Source: Opitutaceae bacterium (lineage in GTDB: Bacteria; Verrucomicrobiota; Verrucomicrobiia; Opitutales; Coraliomargaritaceae). From it: a DNA stretch of 64,000 bases. The position numbers were made by a program, and so were the translations under genes. This document shows, piece after piece, positions 19,837 through 29,836 of the stretch (position 1 is its first letter; every line of letters starts with the position of its first letter). The notes beneath the pieces are model-generated. The model was given only the letters and a program-made list of their open reading frames with translations, ran no database searches and was not told the DNA's origin. Location of the stretch: contig JBPOFY010000007.1 of the NCBI GenBank assembly GCA_051252375.1, positions 32,001-96,000 of the forward strand, given 5' to 3'.

Positions 19837-22800
19837 ATGAACTGCCCCCAGCCCTCCTCTAAACCTAACACTACAATTCCAGCCGCTAGTAATCGAGGTT
19901 TCGCCTTGGTCATTGCATTGGGATTGATGGCTTTTGTGCTTATATTGCTGCTGGCGATAACAACTTTGGTGCAAGTGGAGACGCAATCCTCTAGCATCAG
20001 TAAATCTCAAATCGAAGCAGAGCAAGCCGCTCTACTAGCCATGCAGATGGCGATTGGTGAGTTGCAGGCATATACTGGGCTGGACACGCGAGTGACGGCG
20101 AGCTCAACACTGTTGGATGAATTAAATGTTCCAGTGACCGGCGTTTGGCGCAGCTGGGAGGGCAGTGATCGTGATAGTGATGGAAAGCCGACGATTCCGA
20201 ATTATGCAGCCAAGCGTGCCGAAGGAGATCTCGATGCTGCGAATCCGGAAGTGGGTTTAGATGTCTCGTCGAGTGCGGGACGCTTTTTGGGCTGGTTGAG
20301 CTCTGCTGAGCTACCCGATGATCCCAGCGATCCGATACCGGCGGGAGTTCTTTCGAATGTTTCCGGCGGGGGCAGAGTGCCGATGGTTACATCGGGGCGT
20401 CCTGGAGAGGACGAGGGGAGCGTCGCAAAAACAAGTGAAGAGGTGTATATTCTACCGACCTATCTTCGAGAAGGAGGTGCAGTTAGCGGCAGTATCGCAT
20501 GGTGGGTCAGCGGTGATAATTCCAAGGCTATGATCAATGACGATTCGAGTGAAGAGCCTGCGACTGTGCAGGATTGGCAACAGCGGGTTCGTTCGAATGG
20601 CTGGGCTGATCCAGCAGCATTTGAATTTGGTGATGATGATATCTTTAATAACAAGGTGCTGCCCTCAACTGGAAGCCTAGCCATGGTAGCAGACGCCAGC
20701 GCCGAGTTGCGTCATTTTCACGATTTAACGACTTTCAATCGTGGCCTATTGACTAACACCGCAGTTGGTGGTTGGCGTCGTGACCTGTCCTTGATGACTG
20801 AAAGTTACGACGGCGACACCAGTGATGGCGATCCAGCCAATTATACCACAACAAGTCCGCTACCGTCTGGAGCTAGAGCAGCGCGCGAAGGCTTCTCTTT
20901 CTACACGCCTAGTCCTGGAGAATCTGGCTATGCGCGTAAAGCGACAGAAACTGATAAGGGCCCTGGTGCTCTGTTGTATCCATGGGCTACATATCGAGAC
21001 AACCCTAACCCTTGGGGGCACACGGGACCGGTTGGTTCTTGGACCGCCCTAGTGGACTATGCGAACCTATACAAAAACCTAGATGCATTCTCTGCAGCGA
21101 ATACTAAATTCCCACGCTCGTCGGGCGTTGTAGATTGGCCGACATGGGAAACAGACAATTTATTGTGGGCGGATAAAATTCGTGTCTCTCCGATCGTTGC
21201 GCGAGTTCATTGGATTTTCTCACTGGCTTCAGAATCGGAATCGGTCAGGGTTGGTCGTGATCTTGTAACCACATACGAACCAAGACTATTGCTGACACCA
21301 GTTGTCACGATATGGAACCCCTACAACGTAGAGATGGAGATACCAGGGAATCTTGCGCTGAATATGCAATGGAGGGATCAGGACATCACTCCGTTTCGGT
21401 TCAAGTTCAGAATTGGTAATACTCCGCTCTATCAACCTCAGCCAGAACCCAGACTTGAAGGTGTCACGTTTGCTGACATTGCTCCTGGTGGGGGCTACGT
21501 TCAATTACAACTGCCTACCAACGAGCCGATGATTTTGCCTCCGGGCGCTTCAAAAGTCTTCAGTTCAGCCAGTGGGATTGTTTCAGTCGATGCGAACGGC
21601 TCAAACACACCACCATTGCTACTCGTTTCGGGCTATAATGCTGAAGGAGGTTTCCTCTTTGAGATTCAAGATTTCAGTAGTGGTTCTCCTCAACCCGCTC
21701 AAACAGCAGACAGCAGTGCGCTCTTTACGGTTGAGGGCGTCAATGTTACTGGAGGGCAGGACGATACTATTGGAGTTTACATAAATACACTAGCTGGAGG
21801 TGTTCGTCGTTATCCAGTAAGAAATTCTTACATTGAAACTGAGATGGGCGGGGCTGCTGTCGTGGATGAAATTTATCCAGCACTGGGTGAGTCTGGAGAT
21901 TTATACAGTGATCAAATCAGTGCCTTTGATGTCGACGGAGGATTAACTCACCCATTTGCCGCAGCCATTTTGGCTTCAAGGGCAACTTCTCCACTTGCTG
22001 CTTTTGATGAACCAAATTATGCACATTTGGCGACCAAAGGAATGGTTCAGAGCAATCCACTAACCTGTTATGTGGAAATGAGAACTAATTATCAGAAGGC
22101 ACATGGATCGCTTCATCCGATTAACAGTACTTATGCTTACAGTTTTAGGGAATTACTAGGTTGGTCCGGTTCGGACTTCGGTTGGATTCCTGAAGTTGCG
22201 CCGGATGGAAGCGGCTATATTGTTTCAGGTATATCGTCAACTGACGGTTTGACTCGGTGTATTATGGCAGAGTTGCCGACGCGCCCGATTCAAAGTTTGG
22301 CGGATCTTCAGCACTGGGATGCACGTAACAATTGTTCAGTGCCCCCATTTGCATTCAACTTGATTGCGAATGCTTCAGCCACTCCTTTAATTCCCGCAGA
22401 TGATGTGTCATTTCTCGGTCCAAATACTCTCAATGCGAACATGGCTAATGATGATAGCTACTTATTGAACCATGTGCTTTTTGACGATTGGTTTGTCTCA
22501 TCGCTCGCACCGGATTATGGAAATTTTGGAGTGACCGAAGATCGTAGTATTGGCGAAGTCTATGAGCAGCACCTGACTGGTGAAAAACCTCTGCCGAATC
22601 GTTTCTATTTACCAGCATCGGGTGCTAATCTACCGACAGTATCAGCTGCGGTCGCGAGTGTGGTCAGTGGTCAGAAGGATACCGCAACGCAAAAATATGG
22701 GTTCGAAACAGTCGCTTCGAAGTTTGAGGTAGCGGGCATGTTTAATGTCAACTCGACTTCGCTCGATGCATGGCGCGCCTTACTGCGGCACTCGCGAGAT

Positions 22801-23547
22801 GTTGAAGTGCCTTACCTTGACTCCAGTGGTAACACTCAAACGGACGAGCCTCGCTCTTTCACTTATCCTCGCACGTCGATCGCAAGCGACCAAGGCAGTG
22901 ACTCAGGCACTACTGAATCCGGAATCATGGCTGCCGAATTCGCCGGACACCGCGTGCTGACGGAAGCGCAAGTTGATCGACTAGCCAATAACATCGTGGC
23001 AATCATTCGTGAGCGAGGACCTTTTCTCTCCCTTTCCGAATTCGTGAATAGAGAATTGACGACTAACGTGGATCGGGCACTTGCAGGCACCATACAATCT
23101 GCACTCGACGAACTGGCTAACTTGGGGAACACATCCGACAATCCGTTTAGAGAACTTCAGGCGAATTCGGTGGCTATCACCACTTTACCCCCTGGGAATC
23201 ATGAATATCAGTTTCCTGATGCGGCATATGGACATTCGGCATTCGGGATGCCGGGTTGGATCCGTCAGGCAGACATTTTACGCCCACTGGCTCCTGTTCT
23301 TTCCGCTCGCGATGACACTTTCACGATACGTAGTTATGGCGATGTGAGAGATCCGACTAATCCGGATAAGATCGTTGCCCGAGTCTGGTGTGAAGCAGTG
23401 GTTGTTCGAACGGCTGACTTTGTCGACCCAACTGAGGATGCCAGCGTGCTGCCTCACTCCAGCGATATGGTGTCGATTGCTAACCAACGCTTCGGTCGGA
23501 AATACAAGATTGCGTCTTTCCGGTGGCTAAACGAAGAAGAGATTTAA
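19837..23547 (+). CDS. Giant GspK/PilX-like minor (pseudo)pilin, resembling Verru_Chthon cassette protein A
   Basis: Prepilin-type site NRG|FALVIALGLMAFVLILLLAI with no Glu at +5; AIGELQ..G.DTRVTA; RGPFLSLSEFVNR; SARDDTFTIRSYG; RFGRKYKIASFRWL..EEI C-terminus. Confidence 0.75.
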   Translation: MNCPQPSSKPNTTIPAASNRGFALVIALGLMAFVLILLLAITTLVQVETQSSSISKSQIEAEQAALLAMQMAIGELQAYTGLDTRVTASSTLLDELNVPVTGVWRSWEGSDRDSDGKPTIPNYAAKRAEGDLDAANPEVGLDVSSSAGRFLGWLSSAELPDDPSDPIPAGVLSNVSGGGRVPMVTSGRPGEDEGSVAKTSEEVYILPTYLREGGAVSGSIAWWVSGDNSKAMINDDSSEEPATVQDWQQRVRSNGWADPAAFEFGDDDIFNNKVLPSTGSLAMVADASAELRHFHDLTTFNRGLLTNTAVGGWRRDLSLMTESYDGDTSDGDPANYTTTSPLPSGARAAREGFSFYTPSPGESGYARKATETDKGPGALLYPWATYRDNPNPWGHTGPVGSWTALVDYANLYKNLDAFSAANTKFPRSSGVVDWPTWETDNLLWADKIRVSPIVARVHWIFSLASESESVRVGRDLVTTYEPRLLLTPVVTIWNPYNVEMEIPGNLALNMQWRDQDITPFRFKFRIGNTPLYQPQPEPRLEGVTFADIAPGGGYVQLQLPTNEPMILPPGASKVFSSASGIVSVDANGSNTPPLLLVSGYNAEGGFLFEIQDFSSGSPQPAQTADSSALFTVEGVNVTGGQDDTIGVYINTLAGGVRRYPVRNSYIETEMGGAAVVDEIYPALGESGDLYSDQISAFDVDGGLTHPFAAAILASRATSPLAAFDEPNYAHLATKGMVQSNPLTCYVEMRTNYQKAHGSLHPINSTYAYSFRELLGWSGSDFGWIPEVAPDGSGYIVSGISSTDGLTRCIMAELPTRPIQSLADLQHWDARNNCSVPPFAFNLIANASATPLIPADDVSFLGPNTLNANMANDDSYLLNHVLFDDWFVSSLAPDYGNFGVTEDRSIGEVYEQHLTGEKPLPNRFYLPASGANLPTVSAAVASVVSGQKDTATQKYGFETVASKFEVAGMFNVNSTSLDAWRALLRHSRDVEVPYLDSSGNTQTDEPRSFTYPRTSIASDQGSDSGTTESGIMAAEFAGHRVLTEAQVDRLANNIVAIIRERGPFLSLSEFVNRELTTNVDRALAGTIQSALDELANLGNTSDNPFRELQANSVAITTLPPGNHEYQFPDAAYGHSAFGMPGWIRQADILRPLAPVLSARDDTFTIRSYGDVRDPTNPDKIVARVWCEAVVVRTADFVDPTEDASVLPHSSDMVSIANQRFGRKYKIASFRWLNEEEI

Positions 23548-23551
23548 TTTC

Positions 23552-24250
23552 ATGATATTTAGTAAAACACAGTGTATTTGCGTACTCACCTTAATCTTTA
23601 TTGTTCTGCTGCCTGCGACCAGTTTCGGACGCTCGGCTAGAGCGATGTTTCTTGGAGCAACTGCGGATATGCCCAAGGAGGCGATTTTGTTGATCGGGGG
23701 AAAACTCGTCACGGTCGATTTGCCGTCCCGTTTTTTATCGCCTGAAATCGAGCTCCCAAGCGCTCCTTCCACGGCAGTCGTGTTGCAAACACCTCCGCTA
23801 CCCGATGAAGAGATCAACCCCGCGGCACCCGTTATTCGATTCCCCGAGGAGTCCACTCGCTGTCTACTCCTGTTTATTCCGGACGCGTCAAATAGTGTCT
23901 TTCCAGCTCGTGTCATTGTTATAGATGCATCACCCAGTAAGTTCCCTGCAGGGAATACCATTATCTTTAATCTGTCTAAGGCGAACATTGCTGGTAAGTT
24001 TGGTGATCAGGAAGTTAAAGTAGGTGCGGGACAAAAGCGTGTGTTGAACCCACCTCGATCCGATGCTGGAAGCTATCCGGTACATGTTGTTTGTCAGATA
24101 TCACCAGATGCTGACTGGGTCACGCTCTGTAGTTCTACATGGCGTCATCATCCGAAAGTGCGCCAATTGATGTTTGTTGCTCCACATAATGAGCGAAAAT
24201 TTCCCCGAATTTGGACTGTCACCGATTATCCCCAAGTTAAAGAGCAATAG
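23552..24250 (+). CDS. Exported hypothetical protein coupled to the giant pilin-like gene
   Basis: 232-aa ORF starting 5 nt after the upstream stop; signal-peptide-like N-terminus; beta-rich, Pro-rich sequence. Confidence 0.75.
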   Translation: MIFSKTQCICVLTLIFIVLLPATSFGRSARAMFLGATADMPKEAILLIGGKLVTVDLPSRFLSPEIELPSAPSTAVVLQTPPLPDEEINPAAPVIRFPEESTRCLLLFIPDASNSVFPARVIVIDASPSKFPAGNTIIFNLSKANIAGKFGDQEVKVGAGQKRVLNPPRSDAGSYPVHVVCQISPDADWVTLCSSTWRHHPKVRQLMFVAPHNERKFPRIWTVTDYPQVKEQ

Positions 24251-24431
24251 CAGGGGACCATACTCTTTGTCGTTTATTTCCAAAAGAGTTCATCCATCAG
24301 GCTGTGATACGCGCACATTCGCCTTAGGTAATGGTCTGAGAGTCGGCACTGTGCTACCTTTCAATGATGTGGACTAAATCGATTCAGCAGTAGCACTGTT
24401 TCAGCTTATTCACTTCACCCTACACATACAG

Positions 24432-24478
24432 CCCCCCTGTATGGGGGGATTTACAGAACTAGGAAACTGTAGTAATGT
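24432..24478 (+). promoter_or_regulatory. C5-N7-G5 palindromic operator plus -10 box (copy 4), heading the main enzyme array
   Basis: CCCCCCTGTATGGGGGG (24432-24448); TAATGT at 24473-24478, at a 24-nt gap. Confidence 0.62.
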
Positions 24479-24514
24479 GATACTTTATACTTACTGAATC
24501 TCTATTCTATTTCC

Positions 24515-24596
24515 TTACAAAGCCTCTTCGACATTTCCGTAGAGGTTTTGTAAATTCACCTTCGAATTGAGAGACTCCAATTGCTGACATTGGAGT
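24515..24596 (+). promoter_or_regulatory. Two inverted repeats in the leader of the enzyme array
   Basis: TTACAAAGCCTCT-N13-AGAGGTTTTGTAA (24515-24553) and ACTCCAAT-N7-ATTGGAGT (24574-24596). Confidence 0.45.
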
Positions 24597-24620
24597 GCTA
24601 CAATGACTAATAAATAATTA

Positions 24621-27587
24621 ATGATGAAAAACCTCCGTATGATGACACAAAAAAAGACGTTTAAGCAGCCACGAAAGGCATTTATTGGAGTCGCTGCACT
24701 TTGCAGCATGGTTCTTGGTTCAAGTGCTCACGCACTGGATATTTACGTAAGTCCCGATGGTTCGGACTCGAATAGTGGCCGTGCTGGTCAGCCCTTGGCT
24801 TCGCTCGCTGGAGCGCAAGACAAGGCCCGCTCGGTTGCGGGAAAGGAAGCGGTCACCGTGCATGTAGCCGATGGAATTTATTACTTGCCGGAAACATTAG
24901 TTTTTACGCCGAAAGACTCCGGCTCTGCAAAACACCCAGTCATCTACAAGGCGCAGACAGAAGGTGGCGCGGTGCTCAGTGGTGGCTCTGAGCTCAACTT
25001 GTCTTGGCAGTCATACAAGGACGGAATCTACAAAGCACAAACACCAGACGGTCTAAAAATCGACCAGCTCTTTATCAACGGGCGCAAACAACGGATGGCG
25101 CGTTATCCTAACTTCGATCCAGAAAAGAAGGCTGAGCCTTATCAAGGATATGCGGCAGATGCGGTTTCCAAAGAACGCGCTGATCTTTGGTCGGACCCTG
25201 CTGGAGGTTACATTCACGCAATGCACCGTTCGCGTTGGGGTGGCTATCACTACCTCATCACAGGCAAAGAGACTTCGGGCGAATTAGCTTTTGAGGGTGG
25301 TTGGCAGAATAACCGTAAGACTTCGATGCATGCGGAGTATCGTATGGTGGAAAATATCTTCGAAGAACTGGATGTTGAGCATGAGTGGTATCACAACGCC
25401 AAGACGAATACGCTGTATTACAAGCCAGCTGCTGGGACTGACATCAAATCGGCGAAGGTAGAAGTGGTGCGCTTGCGTCACCTGGTTGAGTTTCATGGTT
25501 CTGAGTCGAACCCCGTAAAGCATATCACACTGCAAGGTTTTGTCGTGCGCCATGCGGCGCGCACGTTCATGGACGTTAAAGAGCCACTCTTGCGCTCTGA
25601 TTGGGCGATCTATCGGGGTGGTGCTTACTTACTGACAGGAACTGAAAATATTCAAATTCTGGATACGGAGTTTGATCAGGTCGGTGGCAATGCTGTCTTC
25701 GTAAATAACTACAATCGTAATGTCCTGGTCAAAGGCTGCCACATTCACGATGCGGGTGCTAGCGGTGTCTGTTTCGTTGGCGATCCTGATGCCGTCCGCG
25801 ATCCGCTGTTTGAGTATGGCGAGAAGAATGATCTATCGAAGATCGACCGCACTGTCGGTCCGAAGACGAATAATTATCCAGCGGACTCCGCTGTGGAAGA
25901 TTGCTTGATTCACGGTATTGGACGCGTGGAGCGCCAACCCGCCGGCGTGCAGATTTCTATGGCGCAGGGAATTTCGGTGCGTGATTGCTCGATCTACGAT
26001 ACGGCACGTGCTGGCATTAATATCAGCGAGGGCACTTGGGGCGGTCACTTGATTGAGCGCTGTGATGTGTTCGATACAGTTCTAGAAACGCACGATCATG
26101 GTTCCTTTAACTCATGGGGCCGCGATCGCTTCTGGCGCTCAGACCAACAGACTTCGCAAGCAGCAATCGATAAGGAGCCAACGCTTCCGTTCCTAGACGC
26201 GATGAAGACGACGATCATTCGCGATAGTCGCTGGCGCTGCGATCATGGTTGGGACATTGACCTCGATGACGGTTCGACCAACTACGACATCTACAATAAT
26301 CTGCTTCTGAATAATGGCTTGAAGTTGCGCGAAGGTTTCCGTCGTCATGCATGGAATAATATCACGGTGAACAACGGGCTGCATCCCCACGTCTGGTATA
26401 ATGGCAGCAAAGATCAGGTGTATGGTAATATCTTCATGCAGTCACACCGAGCCGCTCGAATGAGCACTCCCTACACGGATGGCACACGTGTGGACGAAAA
26501 TTTGTATGCTGCGAGTCCAGACTCCATCATGAAAACTTCCAACAAACTGGGTTGGGACAAGAACTCCATCTTTGGAGATCCAATGTTTGTCGATCCGGCC
26601 AATGGAGACTACCGTGTAAAAGAGGGATCACCTGCACATGAAGTCGGTTTTAAGAATTTCCCGATGGATCAGTTTGGTGTGAAGAAGCCATCGCTCAAAG
26701 CGATTGCTCGCACACCGGAACTTCCCGTATTAAAGGTCGCGGGGAAGAGTGCTCCGAGCGGCAAGCCTGTTAAAGTGGAACCGCTTCGTATGGCTTGGTT
26801 GGGCGCTACTTTGAGTGAACTCTCTGGTGTGGAGTTTTCCGCTTTTGGAGTGAGCCAAGAAGAGGGCGGCTTAGCTTTAAGTAACCTGCAGTCGGACTCA
26901 GTGATGGCCGCAGCGGGTCTTCAAGACGGCGATTTAATTCAGGGCATCAACGGTCAGCAAGTCCGCAACAGTAACGATCTTTTTCACTATCTCGCCTCGA
27001 ATGTAGAAGCATCCTATACACTCACAGTTGTTCGCAATCAGCAGAAGGTTGACGTGCGCATTGCGCCAGACCGCGATGTGGTTGCTGAAACTACTCATGG
27101 TGCTAGAGAGTTTGAGGACTTGCCACTGCCAGCTAAAGCGTCTGGCACCCTGACAGCCAATCTGAAGACTAGTAACGATCCATTGACGACTTTGACGGAT
27201 GGACGCGTTGCGAAAAGCTTCGGTGCGATCTTTGGAAATACCGTTTACAATGGTATGTATAAGATGGACTTAGGCGCAGTGAAACCCGTTCAAGCTGTCA
27301 CTAGCTGGGCCTATAACATGGCTGGGGTGCGAGGGAAGCAGAAGCTGACTATTTACGGTAGTAATGCGTCGAATGATCCGGGCTGGAACCTTGAGAAGTA
27401 TGCCGCACTTGGATCGATCGATACCACTGCGCTTAGTATAAAAGATTATACAGCGGCTTCTTTGCGTGCACGCTCGGGCAAGAGTCTCGGTAACTATCGT
27501 TGGATTGTTTGGGCGGTGGCTCCGGTCAGTGCAGCTGGCGGTGGTGAGAATACCGCAATGCAAGAGCTAGCCGTTGAAACCAAATAG
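24621..27587 (+). CDS. GH141-like beta-helix glycoside hydrolase with a PDZ domain and a C-terminal discoidin-like module
   Basis: IYVSPDGSD N-domain, ENIFEELD..EWY, ETHDHGSFNSWG, WDIDLDDGS, GDPMFVDP, PDZ (WLGA...AGLQDGDLIQGING...VVRN). The true start may be a few codons downstream. Confidence 0.8.
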   Translation: MMKNLRMMTQKKTFKQPRKAFIGVAALCSMVLGSSAHALDIYVSPDGSDSNSGRAGQPLASLAGAQDKARSVAGKEAVTVHVADGIYYLPETLVFTPKDSGSAKHPVIYKAQTEGGAVLSGGSELNLSWQSYKDGIYKAQTPDGLKIDQLFINGRKQRMARYPNFDPEKKAEPYQGYAADAVSKERADLWSDPAGGYIHAMHRSRWGGYHYLITGKETSGELAFEGGWQNNRKTSMHAEYRMVENIFEELDVEHEWYHNAKTNTLYYKPAAGTDIKSAKVEVVRLRHLVEFHGSESNPVKHITLQGFVVRHAARTFMDVKEPLLRSDWAIYRGGAYLLTGTENIQILDTEFDQVGGNAVFVNNYNRNVLVKGCHIHDAGASGVCFVGDPDAVRDPLFEYGEKNDLSKIDRTVGPKTNNYPADSAVEDCLIHGIGRVERQPAGVQISMAQGISVRDCSIYDTARAGINISEGTWGGHLIERCDVFDTVLETHDHGSFNSWGRDRFWRSDQQTSQAAIDKEPTLPFLDAMKTTIIRDSRWRCDHGWDIDLDDGSTNYDIYNNLLLNNGLKLREGFRRHAWNNITVNNGLHPHVWYNGSKDQVYGNIFMQSHRAARMSTPYTDGTRVDENLYAASPDSIMKTSNKLGWDKNSIFGDPMFVDPANGDYRVKEGSPAHEVGFKNFPMDQFGVKKPSLKAIARTPELPVLKVAGKSAPSGKPVKVEPLRMAWLGATLSELSGVEFSAFGVSQEEGGLALSNLQSDSVMAAAGLQDGDLIQGINGQQVRNSNDLFHYLASNVEASYTLTVVRNQQKVDVRIAPDRDVVAETTHGAREFEDLPLPAKASGTLTANLKTSNDPLTTLTDGRVAKSFGAIFGNTVYNGMYKMDLGAVKPVQAVTSWAYNMAGVRGKQKLTIYGSNASNDPGWNLEKYAALGSIDTTALSIKDYTAASLRARSGKSLGNYRWIVWAVAPVSAAGGGENTAMQELAVETK

Positions 27588-27608
27588 TCGGATACAGGCA
27601 GCAAAACT

Positions 27609-29774
27609 ATGAGAGCTTTTAGAATCGTATTATTTTTGTTGTTTGCAGCCCTAAGTCAGGTTGCTCATGCAGCGGACAGACCACCTGTGGTGAGCTCGTC
27701 GAAACCAAACATCGTCTTCCTGATGACGGATGATCAGCGTTGGGATAATTTCGGATGCTATGGCAGGCCCGAGTTTCGCACGGATAACATTGATCGTTTG
27801 GCGCAAGAGGGCGTGATCTTCGATAAGGCCTACCACACGGTCGCGATCTGTATGCCCAGTCGCGCGACTATTTTTTCCGGACGCTACTTATCGAATCACA
27901 GAGTCGGGTTTACCTATCCTTACAATCTGACCTTTCCGAAATCGGATTTTGAAGAAACCTATCCGGCATTGTTAAAGCGTGCTGGTTACCGCACCGGCTT
28001 TGTCGGTAAGTTTGGGGTGCCTGTAACGGATGAGGCTTTTCATGTAATCGATAAGGTGACTGGTGTTGATCTTCAAGAGACGCTGGGATCGTATTTCGAT
28101 TATTTTGCCGGTGCGGGCAAGCACTTCGATGGGAAATTTGCCATGTGGCCACAAGATGAGGCACTTGCAAAAATCCATGACAGAAAGCGTCCCCGGAATG
28201 AGCGAACACTTGTAACCGGAGACGCGATGATCCATTTCCTCGAAACTCAGCCAAAGGATCAACCATTTTGCCTTTCAGTGAGTTTCTGGGCGGTCAAGAA
28301 CGACAGTGACCAAGACATGTATCCGCCACACCGAGCGGAGTTCGCCGACTATGACTTTAGTGTGCCTGTAAATTGGTCGGAGGGTAAAGATATGAAGCTG
28401 CCGCCCGTGCTAGATAATTGGCGCGGGGTGGGGTTGCACAAACAGCGAACCTCCACGCCCGAACTCTACCAGAGATTGGTGCGTAGATTTGCGACGCAAG
28501 GCTATACTGTAGATCTGCAGGTAGGGCGCTTGATCCAAAAACTCGAAGAGATGGGCGAACTCGATAATACTGTGATCGTTTACACCTCGGACAACGGGCG
28601 CTTCCACGGTTCACATGGTCTCTATGATAAGGCGATTCACTACGATGAGTCGATGAAAGCGCCGTTGGTCATTTTCGATGGACGCTTAGCCAAGGAAAAG
28701 ACCGGACGTCGGGAGACTGCACTTATCTCGATGGTGGACATGGCACCGACGATACTATCCTTGGCGGGCGTTGAGGTGCCAGAGCGGATGCAAGGGCGTG
28801 ACATTTCCGCGGTCTTAAACCAGACGCAGAATATGGAGCAGTGGCGGGAGACTGTTTATAACGAAAGCCTATTTCTCTCTGCACTTCATGGTGCGCGGAA
28901 GAATCCGAAGATTGCGGAAGTGAACAGCCGACTGATCGAGGAGAATAAATCCTATCGATCTCGCGGAGTGACCAATGGACGCTATAAATATTTCATCTAC
29001 AATGAGCACGATCCTGTGATCGAAGAATTGTATGACTTAGAGAAGGACCCCTCTGAAATGAATAATCTGGCAGGCAGTCCTGAGTTCGCAGAGGTATTGG
29101 AGAAACTCAGGAACCAAACTGAAGCGCTCCATGAAGAGATCATCCTGGATCGTTCGGAACCAACCACTGTGATGAAAGCACCTGCTCCGGCGAAGCAAGC
29201 AGTGAAACAACCGACGGTTAGCAAGAAGCATCCTGCAGTGAAACCATTCGTCATGCCGGGGGCATCCGTGCAGGTCGAAACCGCTTCCAGTGCGGACGGG
29301 TTTAAGCAGCTTGTGCTTGGTGCGAAGACACGTGGTCAAGTCACTGCAAATCAAAAAACCAACAACGACCCACTAAAGTCACTGAGTGACGGAATGCTCG
29401 CCGAGACGATCGGTCCGGTATTTGGAAATGGCATTCATAATGGGGCTTACAAGTTGGACCTGGGCGCGATAAAGCCTGTGTCGTCGATCACTACTTGGTC
29501 TCATCATTTTAAGGGAGTGCGTGGCGCTCAGAAGCTGACCCTTTATGGCAGTGATTCGAAAACTGATCCCGGTTGGGATTTAGGCGCTTACAAGCCACTC
29601 GGAACGATTGATGCCGCTGCTACCAAGGACAAATTCATCGCAACTTCACTGCAAGCGATCAACGGTAAGGCTCTAGGCAATTTCCGCTGGATCGTCTGGG
29701 CGGCTTCGCCAGTTAGCAATGCCGGCGGCGGCGAGAATACCGCGTTTCAAGAGTTTGCAGTCGAAACCAAATAG
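27609..29774 (+). CDS. S1 sulfatase with a C-terminal discoidin-like module
   Basis: KPNIVFLMTDDQRWD, CMPSR, TSDNG, ELYDLEKDP; the C-terminal 165 aa are homologous to the end of the upstream gene. Confidence 0.9.
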   Translation: MRAFRIVLFLLFAALSQVAHAADRPPVVSSSKPNIVFLMTDDQRWDNFGCYGRPEFRTDNIDRLAQEGVIFDKAYHTVAICMPSRATIFSGRYLSNHRVGFTYPYNLTFPKSDFEETYPALLKRAGYRTGFVGKFGVPVTDEAFHVIDKVTGVDLQETLGSYFDYFAGAGKHFDGKFAMWPQDEALAKIHDRKRPRNERTLVTGDAMIHFLETQPKDQPFCLSVSFWAVKNDSDQDMYPPHRAEFADYDFSVPVNWSEGKDMKLPPVLDNWRGVGLHKQRTSTPELYQRLVRRFATQGYTVDLQVGRLIQKLEEMGELDNTVIVYTSDNGRFHGSHGLYDKAIHYDESMKAPLVIFDGRLAKEKTGRRETALISMVDMAPTILSLAGVEVPERMQGRDISAVLNQTQNMEQWRETVYNESLFLSALHGARKNPKIAEVNSRLIEENKSYRSRGVTNGRYKYFIYNEHDPVIEELYDLEKDPSEMNNLAGSPEFAEVLEKLRNQTEALHEEIILDRSEPTTVMKAPAPAKQAVKQPTVSKKHPAVKPFVMPGASVQVETASSADGFKQLVLGAKTRGQVTANQKTNNDPLKSLSDGMLAETIGPVFGNGIHNGAYKLDLGAIKPVSSITTWSHHFKGVRGAQKLTLYGSDSKTDPGWDLGAYKPLGTIDAAATKDKFIATSLQAINGKALGNFRWIVWAASPVSNAGGGENTAFQEFAVETK

Positions 29775-29836
29775 TATTAAACAGAGTGATCGAGACGAGC
29801 GATGGTTCGCCGAAAGATCCATACACCGACATACCT

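Noticed and set aside
24174..24430. Possible small gene or ncRNA in the gap after the 232-aa protein
   Set aside because: The 67-aa ORF overlaps the upstream gene and has no features; only a weak ACTCTTT/AAAGAGT hairpin is visible, with no recognisable RNA family.
12726..24448. C5-N7-G5 elements as terminators, REP elements or CRISPR repeats
   Set aside because: They lack U-tracts, are single per intergenic region, and sit at a fixed distance before -10 boxes; true terminators lie just upstream in two cases; no spacers or cas genes.
26770..27070. PDZ domains as evidence for HtrA/DegP or tail-specific proteases
   Set aside because: No trypsin-like GNSGG or S41 motifs were seen; the PDZ is attached to GH141-like beta-helices.
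29786..29836. GTG-started extension of the alpha/beta hydrolase
   Set aside because: The signal peptide begins at ATG 29837; the extra residues are acidic and atypical for a leader.
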